DNA of 64,000 nt, from NCBI GenBank assembly GCA_049320885.1, contig JBMORA010000001.1:132095-196094 (forward strand), in the 5' to 3' direction. A model generated the notes under the pieces. The model saw only the letters and a list, made by a program, of their open reading frames with translations, did no database searches and was not told the origin of the DNA. This DNA comes from Thermodesulfobacteriota bacterium (GTDB lineage: Bacteria > Desulfobacterota > Desulfobacteria > Desulfobacterales > SURF-7). The stretch's first letter is position 1, and the number at the start of each line of letters is the position of its first letter. Positions 1 through 9,923 of this stretch are shown in pieces. The position numbers were made by a program, and so were the translations under genes.

Positions 1-2
1 CC

Positions 3-461
3 ATGGAGGATCATGTCAGTACCGGGCTGTGGCTGAAAAAGAAGACCGAACGGATCGCCACGGTCACCATGGCAACGGCGGGCATCAACCTGGGATTGAA
101 TTTTCTCCTAATCCCCCGATTCGGCATGTATGGAGCCGTAATGTCAACCCTGATTTCCTTTGTATCCAGAAATCTTGGGCTTTACCTCATGGCCAGGAAG
201 GTCTATCCGATACCGTTTGAATGGATGAAACTGCTCGGTGTTTTCACCTTGTGCCTGTTGTTATACCTGTTCAGCGAAACGCTGATGGGCGTGGAGCTTT
301 TCATGCGCACAGCTAGTAAAATCGGCTTATGGTTCGCATACCCTGTTGCTTTCATAACTATTTTTGTTGGTAAAACCGAACGCCAGAACGCCCTGGACGG
401 GCTCAAATCCCTCCTGACAACATCATCAAAAAAGGTCGGCGGCAAAAAGATTTCGGCGTGA
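3..461 (+). CDS. polysaccharide flippase (MOP/Wzx family), C-terminal fragment truncated by the window start
   Basis: The ORF is open to the window edge. Its hydrophobic multi-helix C-terminus (LGLNFLLIPRFGMYGAVMSTLISF...) is typical of MOP-family polysaccharide exporters. It is the first gene of a co-directional glycan operon. Confidence 0.6.
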   Translation: MEDHVSTGLWLKKKTERIATVTMATAGINLGLNFLLIPRFGMYGAVMSTLISFVSRNLGLYLMARKVYPIPFEWMKLLGVFTLCLLLYLFSETLMGVELFMRTASKIGLWFAYPVAFITIFVGKTERQNALDGLKSLLTTSSKKVGGKKISA

Positions 462-539
462 CCCTGCCATAACCTAATGAATCGTATCCGGATCAGGCAG
501 TACGGAATCAAGGACCGCCAGTAAGAGGAATTCTGTTCT

Positions 540-1766
540 ATGAATTTCGTAGAGAATATCAGAAAAAAAATGCCGCAAAACCTCTGGGAACTCCTTCCCA
601 TTGACCTGGAAGCGAAAAAAGAAGTATCGCAAGACAAGCAGGGTGGACGACAAAACGATAGGAGTGACAGAGATCACCTGCTTGAGACCATTAACTGGCT
701 TTGCAGAGCTCAGGATTCAAGCCCAGACGGCGGCGTCGCCAGGGGATATCACGCAACACGCTGGCGCGGATACCTGCCAAGGGGTTGGCAGGCCTCCTAC
801 CCGGAAACCACCGGATATATCATTCCCACCATGCTTGCGGCTTCGGACCACCTGAACCAACCGAACCTTCGGGATCGGGCTTTCCGAATGGCGGATTGGG
901 AAATCGACATCCAACTGCCGTCCGGTGCGGTAATGGGCAGCGTTGTCACTGCCCGCCCTCTTCCCGCTGTTTTCAATACAGGCCAGGTGATCTTCGGTTG
1001 GCTTGCGGTTTTTAAACTCACCAATACCGAAAAATATATCAAAGCCGCCGCTAAGGCAGCGGACTACCTGATGCAGGTTCAGGAATCCGATGGCGCGTGG
1101 CGCTCCGGCAATTCCCAATATGCACTTTCCTCTTCAACCGTATACAACACCCGGGCCGCATGGGCACTGATTGAACTCGGCCTGCATATGGATCATGCCG
1201 GGTATGTCACGGCAGGACGCAACAACATCGAATTCGCCTTGAAGCGACAAAAAGAAAACGGCTGGTTCAGCGACAATTGTCTCAGCGATCCCGCCAGACC
1301 GTTGTTGCATACCATTGTGTATGCCACCCGCGGCATTCTGGAGTCCGGTATGCGATTAAATGAAAACCGCTATGTTAACGCCGCCTTGCGGACATTGGAT
1401 GCCCTGTGCAATTGCCAGCGGGAGGACGGAGGCATTCCAGGCCGTCTGGATGAGCATTGGAATGCAATGGTTTCCTGGGATTGTGTAACCGGCGACGCCC
1501 AGGCCGCCATCGCCTGGCTGCGCGCAAACGCCCTTACGGGTGATCCAAAGTATCGGCTGGCAAGCCGAAAGGCCATCGATTTTGTCAAAAAAACCCAAAA
1601 CCTGAGGCACCCCAACCCCGGTATCCGGGGCGGCGTGAAAGGTAGTTTTCCCTTTGACGGTGAATACGGCCGATTCGAAATGCTGAACTGGGCGGCCAAG
1701 TTCTTTTGTGACGCCCTTTTGATGATCACCGACGAAAACCGGCCCCAAACAGGGATATGTGGATAG
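540..1766 (+). CDS. alpha/alpha-toroid protein with prenyltransferase/squalene-cyclase-type repeats
   Basis: 408-aa ORF with ATG at 540. It has recurring Q/E-x-x-DG-G/A-W-like motifs (SSPDGGVARGY, QESDGAWRSG, QKENGWFSD, QREDGGIPG), as in terpene cyclase/prenyltransferase repeats. Confidence 0.55.
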   Translation: MNFVENIRKKMPQNLWELLPIDLEAKKEVSQDKQGGRQNDRSDRDHLLETINWLCRAQDSSPDGGVARGYHATRWRGYLPRGWQASYPETTGYIIPTMLAASDHLNQPNLRDRAFRMADWEIDIQLPSGAVMGSVVTARPLPAVFNTGQVIFGWLAVFKLTNTEKYIKAAAKAADYLMQVQESDGAWRSGNSQYALSSSTVYNTRAAWALIELGLHMDHAGYVTAGRNNIEFALKRQKENGWFSDNCLSDPARPLLHTIVYATRGILESGMRLNENRYVNAALRTLDALCNCQREDGGIPGRLDEHWNAMVSWDCVTGDAQAAIAWLRANALTGDPKYRLASRKAIDFVKKTQNLRHPNPGIRGGVKGSFPFDGEYGRFEMLNWAAKFFCDALLMITDENRPQTGICG

Positions 1767-2758
1767 TAGGGATGGGAATGATCGCAACGACAAACAACAA
1801 GACGATGACTCCAGATGGGAACAGGAGTGAAATACGGAATGGCAACCGAAATCGATTCGCCTTCATGTTCTCCAACTGGTATTCCGGCGCAACGCTTCTG
1901 GCTATCCTGCTGAACAACCATTGCCGATTGACCTGCAATGGCGAAACCTTCCCATTCAAGGTCACGGATCTGGAAATTTACCGCTGCTCCTGCGGCAAGG
2001 ACCTGATGAGTTGCGAATTTTACAGGGTTGCGGGCGTGCATATGTTGGATAACCCGCAATTCCCGGAAAACAGAAATTTGTTTTCGATACTTCCCCGGTT
2101 TTCCCGTTTCAAGCCCATGGACCAATGGCTGAACAGCCTGAACTATCTGCCGGGGTTGCGTGACCTGATCATCCGAAAAAATCATGGTTATCGCAGCAGG
2201 GCAGCTGGATTCGTCAACGCTCATCGAGCTTTTTTTGATCGAAGCTGCGCTTTTGAAGGCAGTGATCTATACATAGACGGCACCAAGTCCGTCCGGCGAG
2301 CCGAGTTGTTCGCCCAATATCAGCCCGAACCTTTTCGCATTGTATACCTGTTACGGGATGGTCGCGGTTTTTGCAGGTCGTTTCTCAAAAATCGTAAGCT
2401 GGATAACACCCATCTGGCACTGGCGGCAAATACATGGCGGGAGTATATCCAGATGGTGGATCGATTTATCCTGCGCAACCCCGATATTCCGGTATTGATG
2501 ATTCGCTATGAAGATATCTGCCGAAATCCAGAGATGATCCTCTCCCAGGTCACCGACTTTCTGGAAGTGGAACGGGATCCGGCGATGCTGACCGATTTTT
2601 CCAGGGAATACCACATACTGGGAAATGTAATGCGCAAAGGGTTCAATGGACGTGTCACCGAGGATCTTTCCTGGCAAACGGTGTTCTCAGGAAAGGAAAT
2701 CGATGTGATGACAGCCATCATGAGGAGCGATTTGGTCCGGTTTGGATATATGGAATAA
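1757..2758 (+). CDS. sulfotransferase family protein
   Basis: RFAFMFSNWYSGATLL resembles the PAPS 5'-phosphosulfate-binding loop. IVYLLRDGRG resembles the 3'-phosphate-binding RD motif. The start is uncertain: ATG 1757 overlaps the upstream stop, with alternative ATGs up to 1805. Confidence 0.65.
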   Translation: MWIVGMGMIATTNNKTMTPDGNRSEIRNGNRNRFAFMFSNWYSGATLLAILLNNHCRLTCNGETFPFKVTDLEIYRCSCGKDLMSCEFYRVAGVHMLDNPQFPENRNLFSILPRFSRFKPMDQWLNSLNYLPGLRDLIIRKNHGYRSRAAGFVNAHRAFFDRSCAFEGSDLYIDGTKSVRRAELFAQYQPEPFRIVYLLRDGRGFCRSFLKNRKLDNTHLALAANTWREYIQMVDRFILRNPDIPVLMIRYEDICRNPEMILSQVTDFLEVERDPAMLTDFSREYHILGNVMRKGFNGRVTEDLSWQTVFSGKEIDVMTAIMRSDLVRFGYME

Positions 2759-2821
2759 TTCTTGTTGATGGAGTCATTAGCGCCAAAACTGTCAAGCCGT
2801 TCTGATAAACCGAAGGCAATC

Positions 2822-4126
2822 ATGAAAACATTGTTGATGATCAGTTACCCGTTTCCTCCCAATGCCACGGCGGGCGCTGTCCGCTCAGAGCGATTCGCCC
2901 GGTATCTCCAGGAATTCGGTTGGAGCATCGACGTGGTGAGCATCAAGCCAAGGGAGGATCTGTTCGCGGACACGGCCAGGGTCGCCAACCTGGGAGAAAA
3001 CGTCGGGCTTCATCTGACCTCCACGGTTGATCCCTGGCTGTGGGCCAGAAACAAGAATCCGAACAATAGAATCCTGCGGGTCCTGCGAAGCCTGATAATG
3101 GAACTCTCCGCCTTCCCGGATCATATGCTGTTCTGGGTCCCCTTCGCCGTCCGCAAGGGACTTGAAATCCATAAACGCAGTCCCGTGGACGCGATCTATA
3201 CCACATCGCCGCCCCACTCCACTCATCTGGCCGGGCTGCTGTTGTCCAAAAGGCTGAATATCCCCTGGGTGGCGGATTTCCGTGATCCCTGGACCCTGAA
3301 CGCCTATCGCCAGGAAGGCTTTCCGAAAAACACCCTGTCAAAACTGGAACGGTTTCTGGAAAGAAAGGTATATGAAAAGGCGGCCGTGATCCTGGCCAAT
3401 ACCCGCGCCAACCGGAAGAACCTGCTGGCCGCCTTTCCCTGGCTGGGTGAGGATAAAGTCCAGTACCTGCCCAACGGCTGGGAGGAGTTTCCCGACCAGT
3501 TCTATTCCAAGGGACGAAACGAGGTTTTCACCATCGTGCATGCCGGAACCTTCTACCCGCGCTTCCGTCCCTACGGCCTTTTTCATGCCCTGGCGACCTG
3601 GCGGGACGGGAAGCAGCCGCCGGCTGTTCCGGAACTGGACAAATCCATCCGCATTGTCCTGCTGGGCGCCAGAGATGCGGAAACCAGAAAGACCGTCCAG
3701 AATCTCGGCCTCGAAGACTGGGTGGAAATCAGGCCCTGGGTGGCTCTGGAGGAGGCCCGCAAAATCATGTGCAGCGCCGATCTCCTCTGGGCTACCCTGG
3801 GAACCGGCAGGGAGAGCGCCACCTATGTTCCTTCCAAACTGTTCGAATACATGGCGGCCCAAAAGCCGATCCTGGGTTTTTTCCCGGAAGGAGACGCCTC
3901 CGGCCTCATCCGGGAAACGCGCACCGGCGTGGTTTTCACCGCCGATGACCCGGGCCCGGTGATTGAATTCCTGTGGAAAATGAAATCCGCGCCGGCGAAT
4001 GAATGGAAGGGGGGAAGCCGAATCCATGACCCAAACGACCCCATGGCCGGGTATCATATCCGAGCCATTACCGGGAATCTGGCCGGTATCCTGGAGGAGA
4101 TTAGCCAGGGGAAAAGCCGGTCATAA
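2822..4126 (+). CDS. glycosyltransferase family 4 (GT-B fold)
   Basis: MKTLLMISYPFPPNATAGAVR N-terminus and a C-terminal EX7E-like region (PSKLFEYMAAQKPILG). ATG 2822 is preferred over the TTG 2762 extension. Confidence 0.8.
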   Translation: MKTLLMISYPFPPNATAGAVRSERFARYLQEFGWSIDVVSIKPREDLFADTARVANLGENVGLHLTSTVDPWLWARNKNPNNRILRVLRSLIMELSAFPDHMLFWVPFAVRKGLEIHKRSPVDAIYTTSPPHSTHLAGLLLSKRLNIPWVADFRDPWTLNAYRQEGFPKNTLSKLERFLERKVYEKAAVILANTRANRKNLLAAFPWLGEDKVQYLPNGWEEFPDQFYSKGRNEVFTIVHAGTFYPRFRPYGLFHALATWRDGKQPPAVPELDKSIRIVLLGARDAETRKTVQNLGLEDWVEIRPWVALEEARKIMCSADLLWATLGTGRESATYVPSKLFEYMAAQKPILGFFPEGDASGLIRETRTGVVFTADDPGPVIEFLWKMKSAPANEWKGGSRIHDPNDPMAGYHIRAITGNLAGILEEISQGKSRS

Positions 4127-4142
4127 AAAGAAAGGAAACCAT

Positions 4143-5501
4143 ATGCCTTCGCTGCATGGCCGCATCATTCATAAAATTCTGTTCCCATTGAATGAAAAAC
4201 GAGAGGGAACCAATATCCTGGGAGCCCTGGAGGTGCTCGAGAAAAGCCAGTACTGGTCACGGGAACGGCTGGCGGAGTGGCAGTTCAACCGCCTGAAGCT
4301 GGTGTTGAACCAGGCCTATGAGCACACGGTTTTGTACCGCAGGAGATTCGACGAGATCGGCTTTCACCCCCGGGATTTCCGCGATTTTTCGGATTTACGG
4401 AAACTCCCCCTGCTGCGAAAAATGGATTTGAAAAACCACCTGAACGAATTGATCGCCGACAACTATCCGGAAAAAGACATCCATGAAAGCACCACCGGCG
4501 GCACCACGGCGGATTATACGGTTTTTTACCGCGATAACGCGAGCCTGAACTTCAAACTGGCCTCCACCATGCGCCACGACCGCTGGTGCGGATGGGACAT
4601 CGGGGAAAAGGAGGCGATTGTCTGGCCGGCTTCCATTGATTTCCGCGGTGAAAAGAACTGGAAATCCTTTATCAGAAACCAGCTGCTGGACAGAAGATTG
4701 CGAATTTTCGCCGGCGTGCTGGATGAAAAGACCCTGCATGACATCTGCCGGCAACTGGAACGGTTCAGGCCTTGCCTGATGCGCGGATTCCCGAATCCCA
4801 TTTCCGTCATGGCGGATTTCATCGAATCCGGAAACCGCTATCATATCCAGCCGGGCGCCATCAAATCCGTTGGGGAGCCCTTGAGCAGCCGGGCCAGAGA
4901 ACAATTCAAAAAGGTCTTCCACTGCGATGTATTCGATTACTATCTGTCGCGGGAATCCGGCACCATCGCCAGTGAATGCGAGAAGCATTTCAAGATGCAC
5001 ATGAACGCCGAAACCCTCTATATCGAATTTTTAAAGAACGGTCAGCCGGTGGAAAACGGGGAATCCGGCGATGTGGTTGTCACGGATCTGTTCAACCTCG
5101 GAATGCCATTTATCCGCTACCAGGTAGGGGATATCGGCGCGCCGGTTCAGGGTTCATGCACGTGTGGACGCACCCTGCCGCTCATGGAAATGGGCGCCGG
5201 CAGGGAGTCGGATTACCTGATTTCCCCCCATGACGGCTCCCTGATCATGGGCCTTTCCCTCCTGGTGCCCCTGGTCGAAAACCCCAAAGTGGGCCAGCTC
5301 CAGATCATTCAGGACGAGCGCGATCATATCATCCTGCGGATCGCCAAGGACAAGGATTTCCAAACCGAAAACATGACGCTCCTCGAAAAGACCATCGGCA
5401 ATATCTTCCATGGGAAAATGCGGTTTACGGTCGAATTCGTCGACGCCATCCCCCATGACAAATCCGGGAAGTATCGTTTCGCCATTCGAAAAGAATTCTG
5501 A
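4143..5501 (+). CDS. CapK/PaaK-like adenylate-forming ligase (phenylacetate-CoA ligase / coenzyme F390 synthetase family)
   Basis: ATG 4143 is preceded by AAAGGAAA. ESTTGGTT and IRYQVGD motifs sit at the positions of the AMP-binding and YRTGD motifs of PaaK-like enzymes. The upstream part of ORF 3999-5501 overlaps the preceding gene and is rejected as coding. Confidence 0.7.
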   Translation: MPSLHGRIIHKILFPLNEKREGTNILGALEVLEKSQYWSRERLAEWQFNRLKLVLNQAYEHTVLYRRRFDEIGFHPRDFRDFSDLRKLPLLRKMDLKNHLNELIADNYPEKDIHESTTGGTTADYTVFYRDNASLNFKLASTMRHDRWCGWDIGEKEAIVWPASIDFRGEKNWKSFIRNQLLDRRLRIFAGVLDEKTLHDICRQLERFRPCLMRGFPNPISVMADFIESGNRYHIQPGAIKSVGEPLSSRAREQFKKVFHCDVFDYYLSRESGTIASECEKHFKMHMNAETLYIEFLKNGQPVENGESGDVVVTDLFNLGMPFIRYQVGDIGAPVQGSCTCGRTLPLMEMGAGRESDYLISPHDGSLIMGLSLLVPLVENPKVGQLQIIQDERDHIILRIAKDKDFQTENMTLLEKTIGNIFHGKMRFTVEFVDAIPHDKSGKYRFAIRKEF

Positions 5502-5502
5502 A

Positions 5503-6693
5503 ATGGATATGCGTGAACCTCCAGCAGCCATGCCATCCACCTCCCCGGGGCGCGGCATCCGCTTGACGGCGGTTGGCGATGTTTCCTTCCAGGGGAAAAA
5601 CGCCGACACCCCTGCCCTGTCCGCTTTTTCATCCATTTTGCCGTATTTTTCAGGGGACGCGAACCTGGTGATCGCGAATCTGGAAAACCCGGTCCTGGAA
5701 AACGGCGCCGCAACCCCCGGCAAATGCACCCTCCGGGGGGCTGTCGGCTGGGCCGATGTGATGAAGCAGGCCGGGATCCGGCTGGTATCCCTGGCCAACA
5801 ACCACATGATGGATTACGGCGCCGCAGGGCTATCCAGCACCATTGCCGCGCTGGAAAAGGCCGGCATCGATTTTGTCGGAGCAGGGGAAAACCGGACCGA
5901 AGCGCTTGCGCCCGTTTATATCGACCATCAGGGCCAACGGATCGCCTTTCTGGCCAGAAGCGATGTTTTTGTCGCCTCCCACTGCTTTGCCACCGACGAA
6001 CTCCCGGGCGTGGCCTTTTTCGACCTGGAGGAAACCAGGCGGAGCATCGCCGCCTGCCGCCGGCAATCGGATTTGGTGGTGCTTCTGCTGCACTGGGGCC
6101 TGGAACATTATCTCTACCCCTCCCCCGGACAGCGCCGGACTGCCGCGGAATTGATCAGCGCCGGCGCCGGCCTGATTCTGGGGCATCATCCCCATGTGTT
6201 GCAAGGCACGGAGCGCATCGGCAAAGGTCTGGTCTGCTACAGCCAGGGAAATTTTCTTTTTGACGAAGTGGAATGGTCGCTGCCGGATGGAAACGGCAAC
6301 AGACGGACATTGACGGTGCACTTGAGCGCGGAAAACCGCCGGGGCGGGATCCTGGGAGTCGAATGGATACCCGGAGAGGGGATCACGGCCACCGATTTTC
6401 ACCCCACCTTCATCCGGCCGGAGGGCTTGGTCGCGGCCGAGGATACAGTGGATCGACGCAGACATTATGACCGCTTGTGTTCCCGATTACACTGGCCCGG
6501 TTACGGGCTCTGGTGGCGGCTGTATTCCCTGAAACGGGAAATGGAACTGAGAATCCTGCCCCTCTTCCGGGACAAATTGACCTGGCGGAAATTGCGCAAA
6601 CTGCGGCTGCGTCATTTCCGGGAGCTGCGGGACAAGCTGCGCCGTTCCGCCAGGATATCCGCCGGGAAATCCAAAAGCCCCTATGATGGGTAA
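5503..6693 (+). CDS. CapA/PGA_cap family metallophosphatase-like capsule synthesis protein
   Basis: LTAVGDVSFQG, VIANLENP, SLANNHMMDYG, FVGAGEN and LLHWGLEH motifs match the CapA family layout. ATG 5503 lies directly after the upstream TGA (5499-5501). Confidence 0.75.
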   Translation: MDMREPPAAMPSTSPGRGIRLTAVGDVSFQGKNADTPALSAFSSILPYFSGDANLVIANLENPVLENGAATPGKCTLRGAVGWADVMKQAGIRLVSLANNHMMDYGAAGLSSTIAALEKAGIDFVGAGENRTEALAPVYIDHQGQRIAFLARSDVFVASHCFATDELPGVAFFDLEETRRSIAACRRQSDLVVLLLHWGLEHYLYPSPGQRRTAAELISAGAGLILGHHPHVLQGTERIGKGLVCYSQGNFLFDEVEWSLPDGNGNRRTLTVHLSAENRRGGILGVEWIPGEGITATDFHPTFIRPEGLVAAEDTVDRRRHYDRLCSRLHWPGYGLWWRLYSLKREMELRILPLFRDKLTWRKLRKLRLRHFRELRDKLRRSARISAGKSKSPYDG

Positions 6694-6695
6694 CT

Positions 6696-7745
6696 ATGCC
6701 ACTCGCGACCTCTGAGACGGACCCGCTCCTGATCCACTTCCTGACATCCGGGGAAGAACCGGATTTACTGCGTTTTTATCAGGCCAATCTGGATAGATAC
6801 GACCTGTTTCAGACGCTGTGGTCCTGGCGGAACGGCAATGCCGGCGCTTCGGGCGGCGAAACGGCCGTGATCGCCGGGCGGGAAAACCGGCTGGTGGGCG
6901 CCGTGGGTATTGTGCCGGTGGATATGCGGATCAACGGGGAGCCCATCCGGGCTTCCTGGCAGCAGGACTCGCTCATCGCCGCCTCGGAACGGGGAAAAGG
7001 CGTGGGCAAAAAGCTGGTATCGGCCGCGGCCGAACCTTACGACCTGGTCATGGCCAAGGGCACCAGCCGGGCCATGTATGGTTTGCGCAAAAGCATGGGC
7101 TACAGCGACGTGCCGTATTCGGATTATCTGCTGGCGGTAAATTCCCCGGAAACCCGCCTGAAGCATCCTGCCAAAAGCCTGCTGTTCCGGATGCTGTGGC
7201 TTTGGAAACAACTCCTGCCGCTTCCCCGGGAAAACGCCGATTTGCCGGTCAGGGAGATCAGCGCCTTTGAGGAGGCAGCCTACGACCACCTGGCCGAAAA
7301 AATGAGCCGCGGGGGGACGTTCGGTCCGTATAAAAGCGCGGCCTATCTGAACTGGCGATATATGGCCTGCCCGGTAAAACAGTACACGGTTTTTCAAGCC
7401 GGAAACGATGACCCTCGCGGCGCCGTTGTTCTGGGCTTTTCAGCAGAAGCCCCCATGGACGGCTGGGTGGTCGATTTGATCTGCCCTTCGGATGACAAAC
7501 AGTGCGCATGCCGGCTGTTGACCGCGGCCATGCGATTTTTCAAACAGCGACGGTTCAACAAGATCTGGACCTTTGCGACCCTGCCCGCAGCACGCCGGTG
7601 GCTGCTGCGTTTCGGTTTTGTGCCCACGCGGATTTCCCCCCGTTTTACCTGCAAATTCAAGGACGAGTCCCGAACGCCGGCCTCCTCTCCGGATATTCCA
7701 TGGAATATCTGGCACGGCGACGGGGATCTCGAACTATATCTCTGA
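6696..7745 (+). CDS. GNAT-family acyltransferase
   Basis: Acetyl-CoA-binding motif A-like SERGKGVGKKLV. The ORF is tightly packed in the operon. Confidence 0.6.
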   Translation: MPLATSETDPLLIHFLTSGEEPDLLRFYQANLDRYDLFQTLWSWRNGNAGASGGETAVIAGRENRLVGAVGIVPVDMRINGEPIRASWQQDSLIAASERGKGVGKKLVSAAAEPYDLVMAKGTSRAMYGLRKSMGYSDVPYSDYLLAVNSPETRLKHPAKSLLFRMLWLWKQLLPLPRENADLPVREISAFEEAAYDHLAEKMSRGGTFGPYKSAAYLNWRYMACPVKQYTVFQAGNDDPRGAVVLGFSAEAPMDGWVVDLICPSDDKQCACRLLTAAMRFFKQRRFNKIWTFATLPAARRWLLRFGFVPTRISPRFTCKFKDESRTPASSPDIPWNIWHGDGDLELYL

Positions 7746-7756
7746 GGCAACCGACT

Positions 7757-8869
7757 ATGAATGAAACCATCCGGTTGACCTATCTGGTGGATTTTTTCAG
7801 GACCGTGCAGGCCGGCACCGAAACGCAACTGGCGCATCTCCTGACCCATCTGCCCCGGACCGGATACCGCATTCATCTTCTCTCCTTTCAGGACAGCCCG
7901 TTTCTACAGGAAACCGCCCCGAAAATGTTCCCGGAAATCGCCATCACCACCCTCGGCGCCCGGGCGGACATGTCCAAATCCTTGTTTTCCCTGTGGCGCC
8001 TCTATCGGATTCTGCGGGATACCCGTCCGAATATGGTTCACACCTTTTTTCATGCCGCCAACAGCCTCGGAGTGATGATCGCCCGAGTGGCCGGTGTCCG
8101 CCAGGTGATTTCCTCGCGGCGGGACATGGCCTTCAATATCACTTCCCGGGATCTGGTGTTGCTACGGATCGCCGACAGATTCGTGTCCTGTGTCATCTGC
8201 AACGCCCGGGCGGTCCGGAACAAGGCCATGCAATCGGAAGGACTGCGGGAGGACAAGACGCGGATCATCTATAACGGCATCGCCGTGGAAAACTACTCTC
8301 CTTCGGATCGCATCTGTCAGGAGACCGCGCCGGTCATCGGGATCGTCGCCAATCTGAACCGGGAGGTGAAACGGGTGGATCTGTTCATCCAGGCAGCGGC
8401 CATGGTGCATCAAAGCCATCCCCGGGCCCGATTCTGGGTCGTCGGGGACGGCCATCTGCGTGCCGGCCTGGAAAAGCTGGCCCGGGAGTCGGGCCTGCAA
8501 TCCGCCATTCAATTTTGGGGCCGGCGGGCCGATGTTCCGACCTTGCTCAAGGAGATGTCCATCGGGGTGATTTGTTCCGATTCAGAGGGATTTTCCAATG
8601 CGGTCATGGAATACATGGCCGCCGGCCTGGCCGTCATCACCACGGATTCAGGCGGCGCCGGGGAAATCATCCGCCATGGCCAGACCGGGATGCTCGTAGC
8701 GCCAGGCGATGCGCCAGGTCTGGTCGCTGCCATCCGGCGGATGCTGGATGAGCCGGACGCAGCCGCCGATCTTGCCCGGGCCGGTCATGCAGCGGTCCAC
8801 AAACAGTTTTCCGTGGAGCGGATGCTCCAAGAAACCGACACGGTGTACCGGAATCTCATGCTGTCATGA
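7757..8869 (+). CDS. glycosyltransferase family 4
   Basis: MNETIRLTYLVDFF start. Typical GT4 C-terminal half (VICSDSEGFSNAVMEYMAAGLAVITTDSGGAGEII). The 5' part of ORF 7502-8869 overlaps the GNAT gene and is rejected. Confidence 0.85.
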   Translation: MNETIRLTYLVDFFRTVQAGTETQLAHLLTHLPRTGYRIHLLSFQDSPFLQETAPKMFPEIAITTLGARADMSKSLFSLWRLYRILRDTRPNMVHTFFHAANSLGVMIARVAGVRQVISSRRDMAFNITSRDLVLLRIADRFVSCVICNARAVRNKAMQSEGLREDKTRIIYNGIAVENYSPSDRICQETAPVIGIVANLNREVKRVDLFIQAAAMVHQSHPRARFWVVGDGHLRAGLEKLARESGLQSAIQFWGRRADVPTLLKEMSIGVICSDSEGFSNAVMEYMAAGLAVITTDSGGAGEIIRHGQTGMLVAPGDAPGLVAAIRRMLDEPDAAADLARAGHAAVHKQFSVERMLQETDTVYRNLMLS

Positions 8870-9897
8870 CCATCTCCAAACATCGCATCGCCCTGTGGAC
8901 CGGCCTTCCCGCGCTGCTGAATATCTATCACCGTCATAGGCTTCTGGTGGTGACTTATCACGGGGTGTATGGCGGCCCGGATGACGCCGGCCATGTCTAT
9001 CCAGACACGTTTGTGCACGTGGACCAGATGGAAGCGCAGCTGACTTATCTCCGGCGACGGTACCGGGTCATTTCTCCGGAAGAGCTGTTGCAATCCATAA
9101 AGTCCCGGACACCGTTGCCGGTGCATGCGGCCTTGGTGACCTTCGACGACGCCTATGTCAATTTCAAACGCCTGGCCTTTCCCGTTCTGAAGCGCCTGGG
9201 AATCACCCCCATTGTTTTTGTTCCCACCTATTATGTCGAAAACCAGGTGCCCCTTTGGTATGATCTGGTATGGTATTATTGTGGCCGTTCGCCGAGACCA
9301 GATTTGGAACCCATCGGCCGGAAATTGCGCATCCAATTACAAGACTTGCAGCCGGAGCAGATGTCAGCGGCCTGCCTCGGAGTTTTGAAACGTTTTGATT
9401 TCGCAGCCCGTTCTGAAATCATACAGGATATTTCCAATGCCATGAACCGCGATGGAATGTCCCCTGCGGAAGAGTTGGCCGATTTTTTGGTGCTGCAGGC
9501 GGATGAGTTGCGGGAATTGAGCAAGGAAGGGGTATGCTTCGGCGGCCACACCCATACCCATACCATACTGACCTCCATGGAGCACGCTGCCGCCCATGAG
9601 GAAATCCGCCTGAACAAATCCCGTTTGGAAACAATTCTGGGCCAAACCGTTCATTTTTTTGCCTACCCCAACGGCTCTGAAAACGATTTCACCCGGCAGC
9701 ATGAAAAAATGCTGCAACAGACCGGCTATGCGGGCGCTTTCACGCTGAATCAGACTCGCAGCAGTCATCCTGAAAATCCGATGGCCATTTCTCGCATTCA
9801 CGTTGCGCCGGAAGATACGATGGATTCTTTTCGAATGCATTGCACAGGGATCGTGCCGATCATTAATAAAGCCCGGTATCATTTGAGCTGCTCTTAA
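8866..9897 (+). CDS. polysaccharide deacetylase (NodB homology / CE4) family protein
   Basis: ALVTFDDAY motif 1 and GGHTHTH motif 2. ATGA start/stop overlap with the upstream GT4 gene. Confidence 0.8.
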   Translation: MTISKHRIALWTGLPALLNIYHRHRLLVVTYHGVYGGPDDAGHVYPDTFVHVDQMEAQLTYLRRRYRVISPEELLQSIKSRTPLPVHAALVTFDDAYVNFKRLAFPVLKRLGITPIVFVPTYYVENQVPLWYDLVWYYCGRSPRPDLEPIGRKLRIQLQDLQPEQMSAACLGVLKRFDFAARSEIIQDISNAMNRDGMSPAEELADFLVLQADELRELSKEGVCFGGHTHTHTILTSMEHAAAHEEIRLNKSRLETILGQTVHFFAYPNGSENDFTRQHEKMLQQTGYAGAFTLNQTRSSHPENPMAISRIHVAPEDTMDSFRMHCTGIVPIINKARYHLSCS

Positions 9898-9923
9898 TAT
9901 GAGCAGGGAGCCCATATTATTCC

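Noticed and set aside
3999-4142. N-terminal extensions of track ORFs that overlap the preceding gene: 3999-4142, 5410-5502, 7502-7756, 2762-2821, 48362-48451 and 58524-58559.
   Set aside because: In each case an internal ATG with a Shine-Dalgarno-like sequence lies right after the upstream stop. The family-typical N-terminus begins there.
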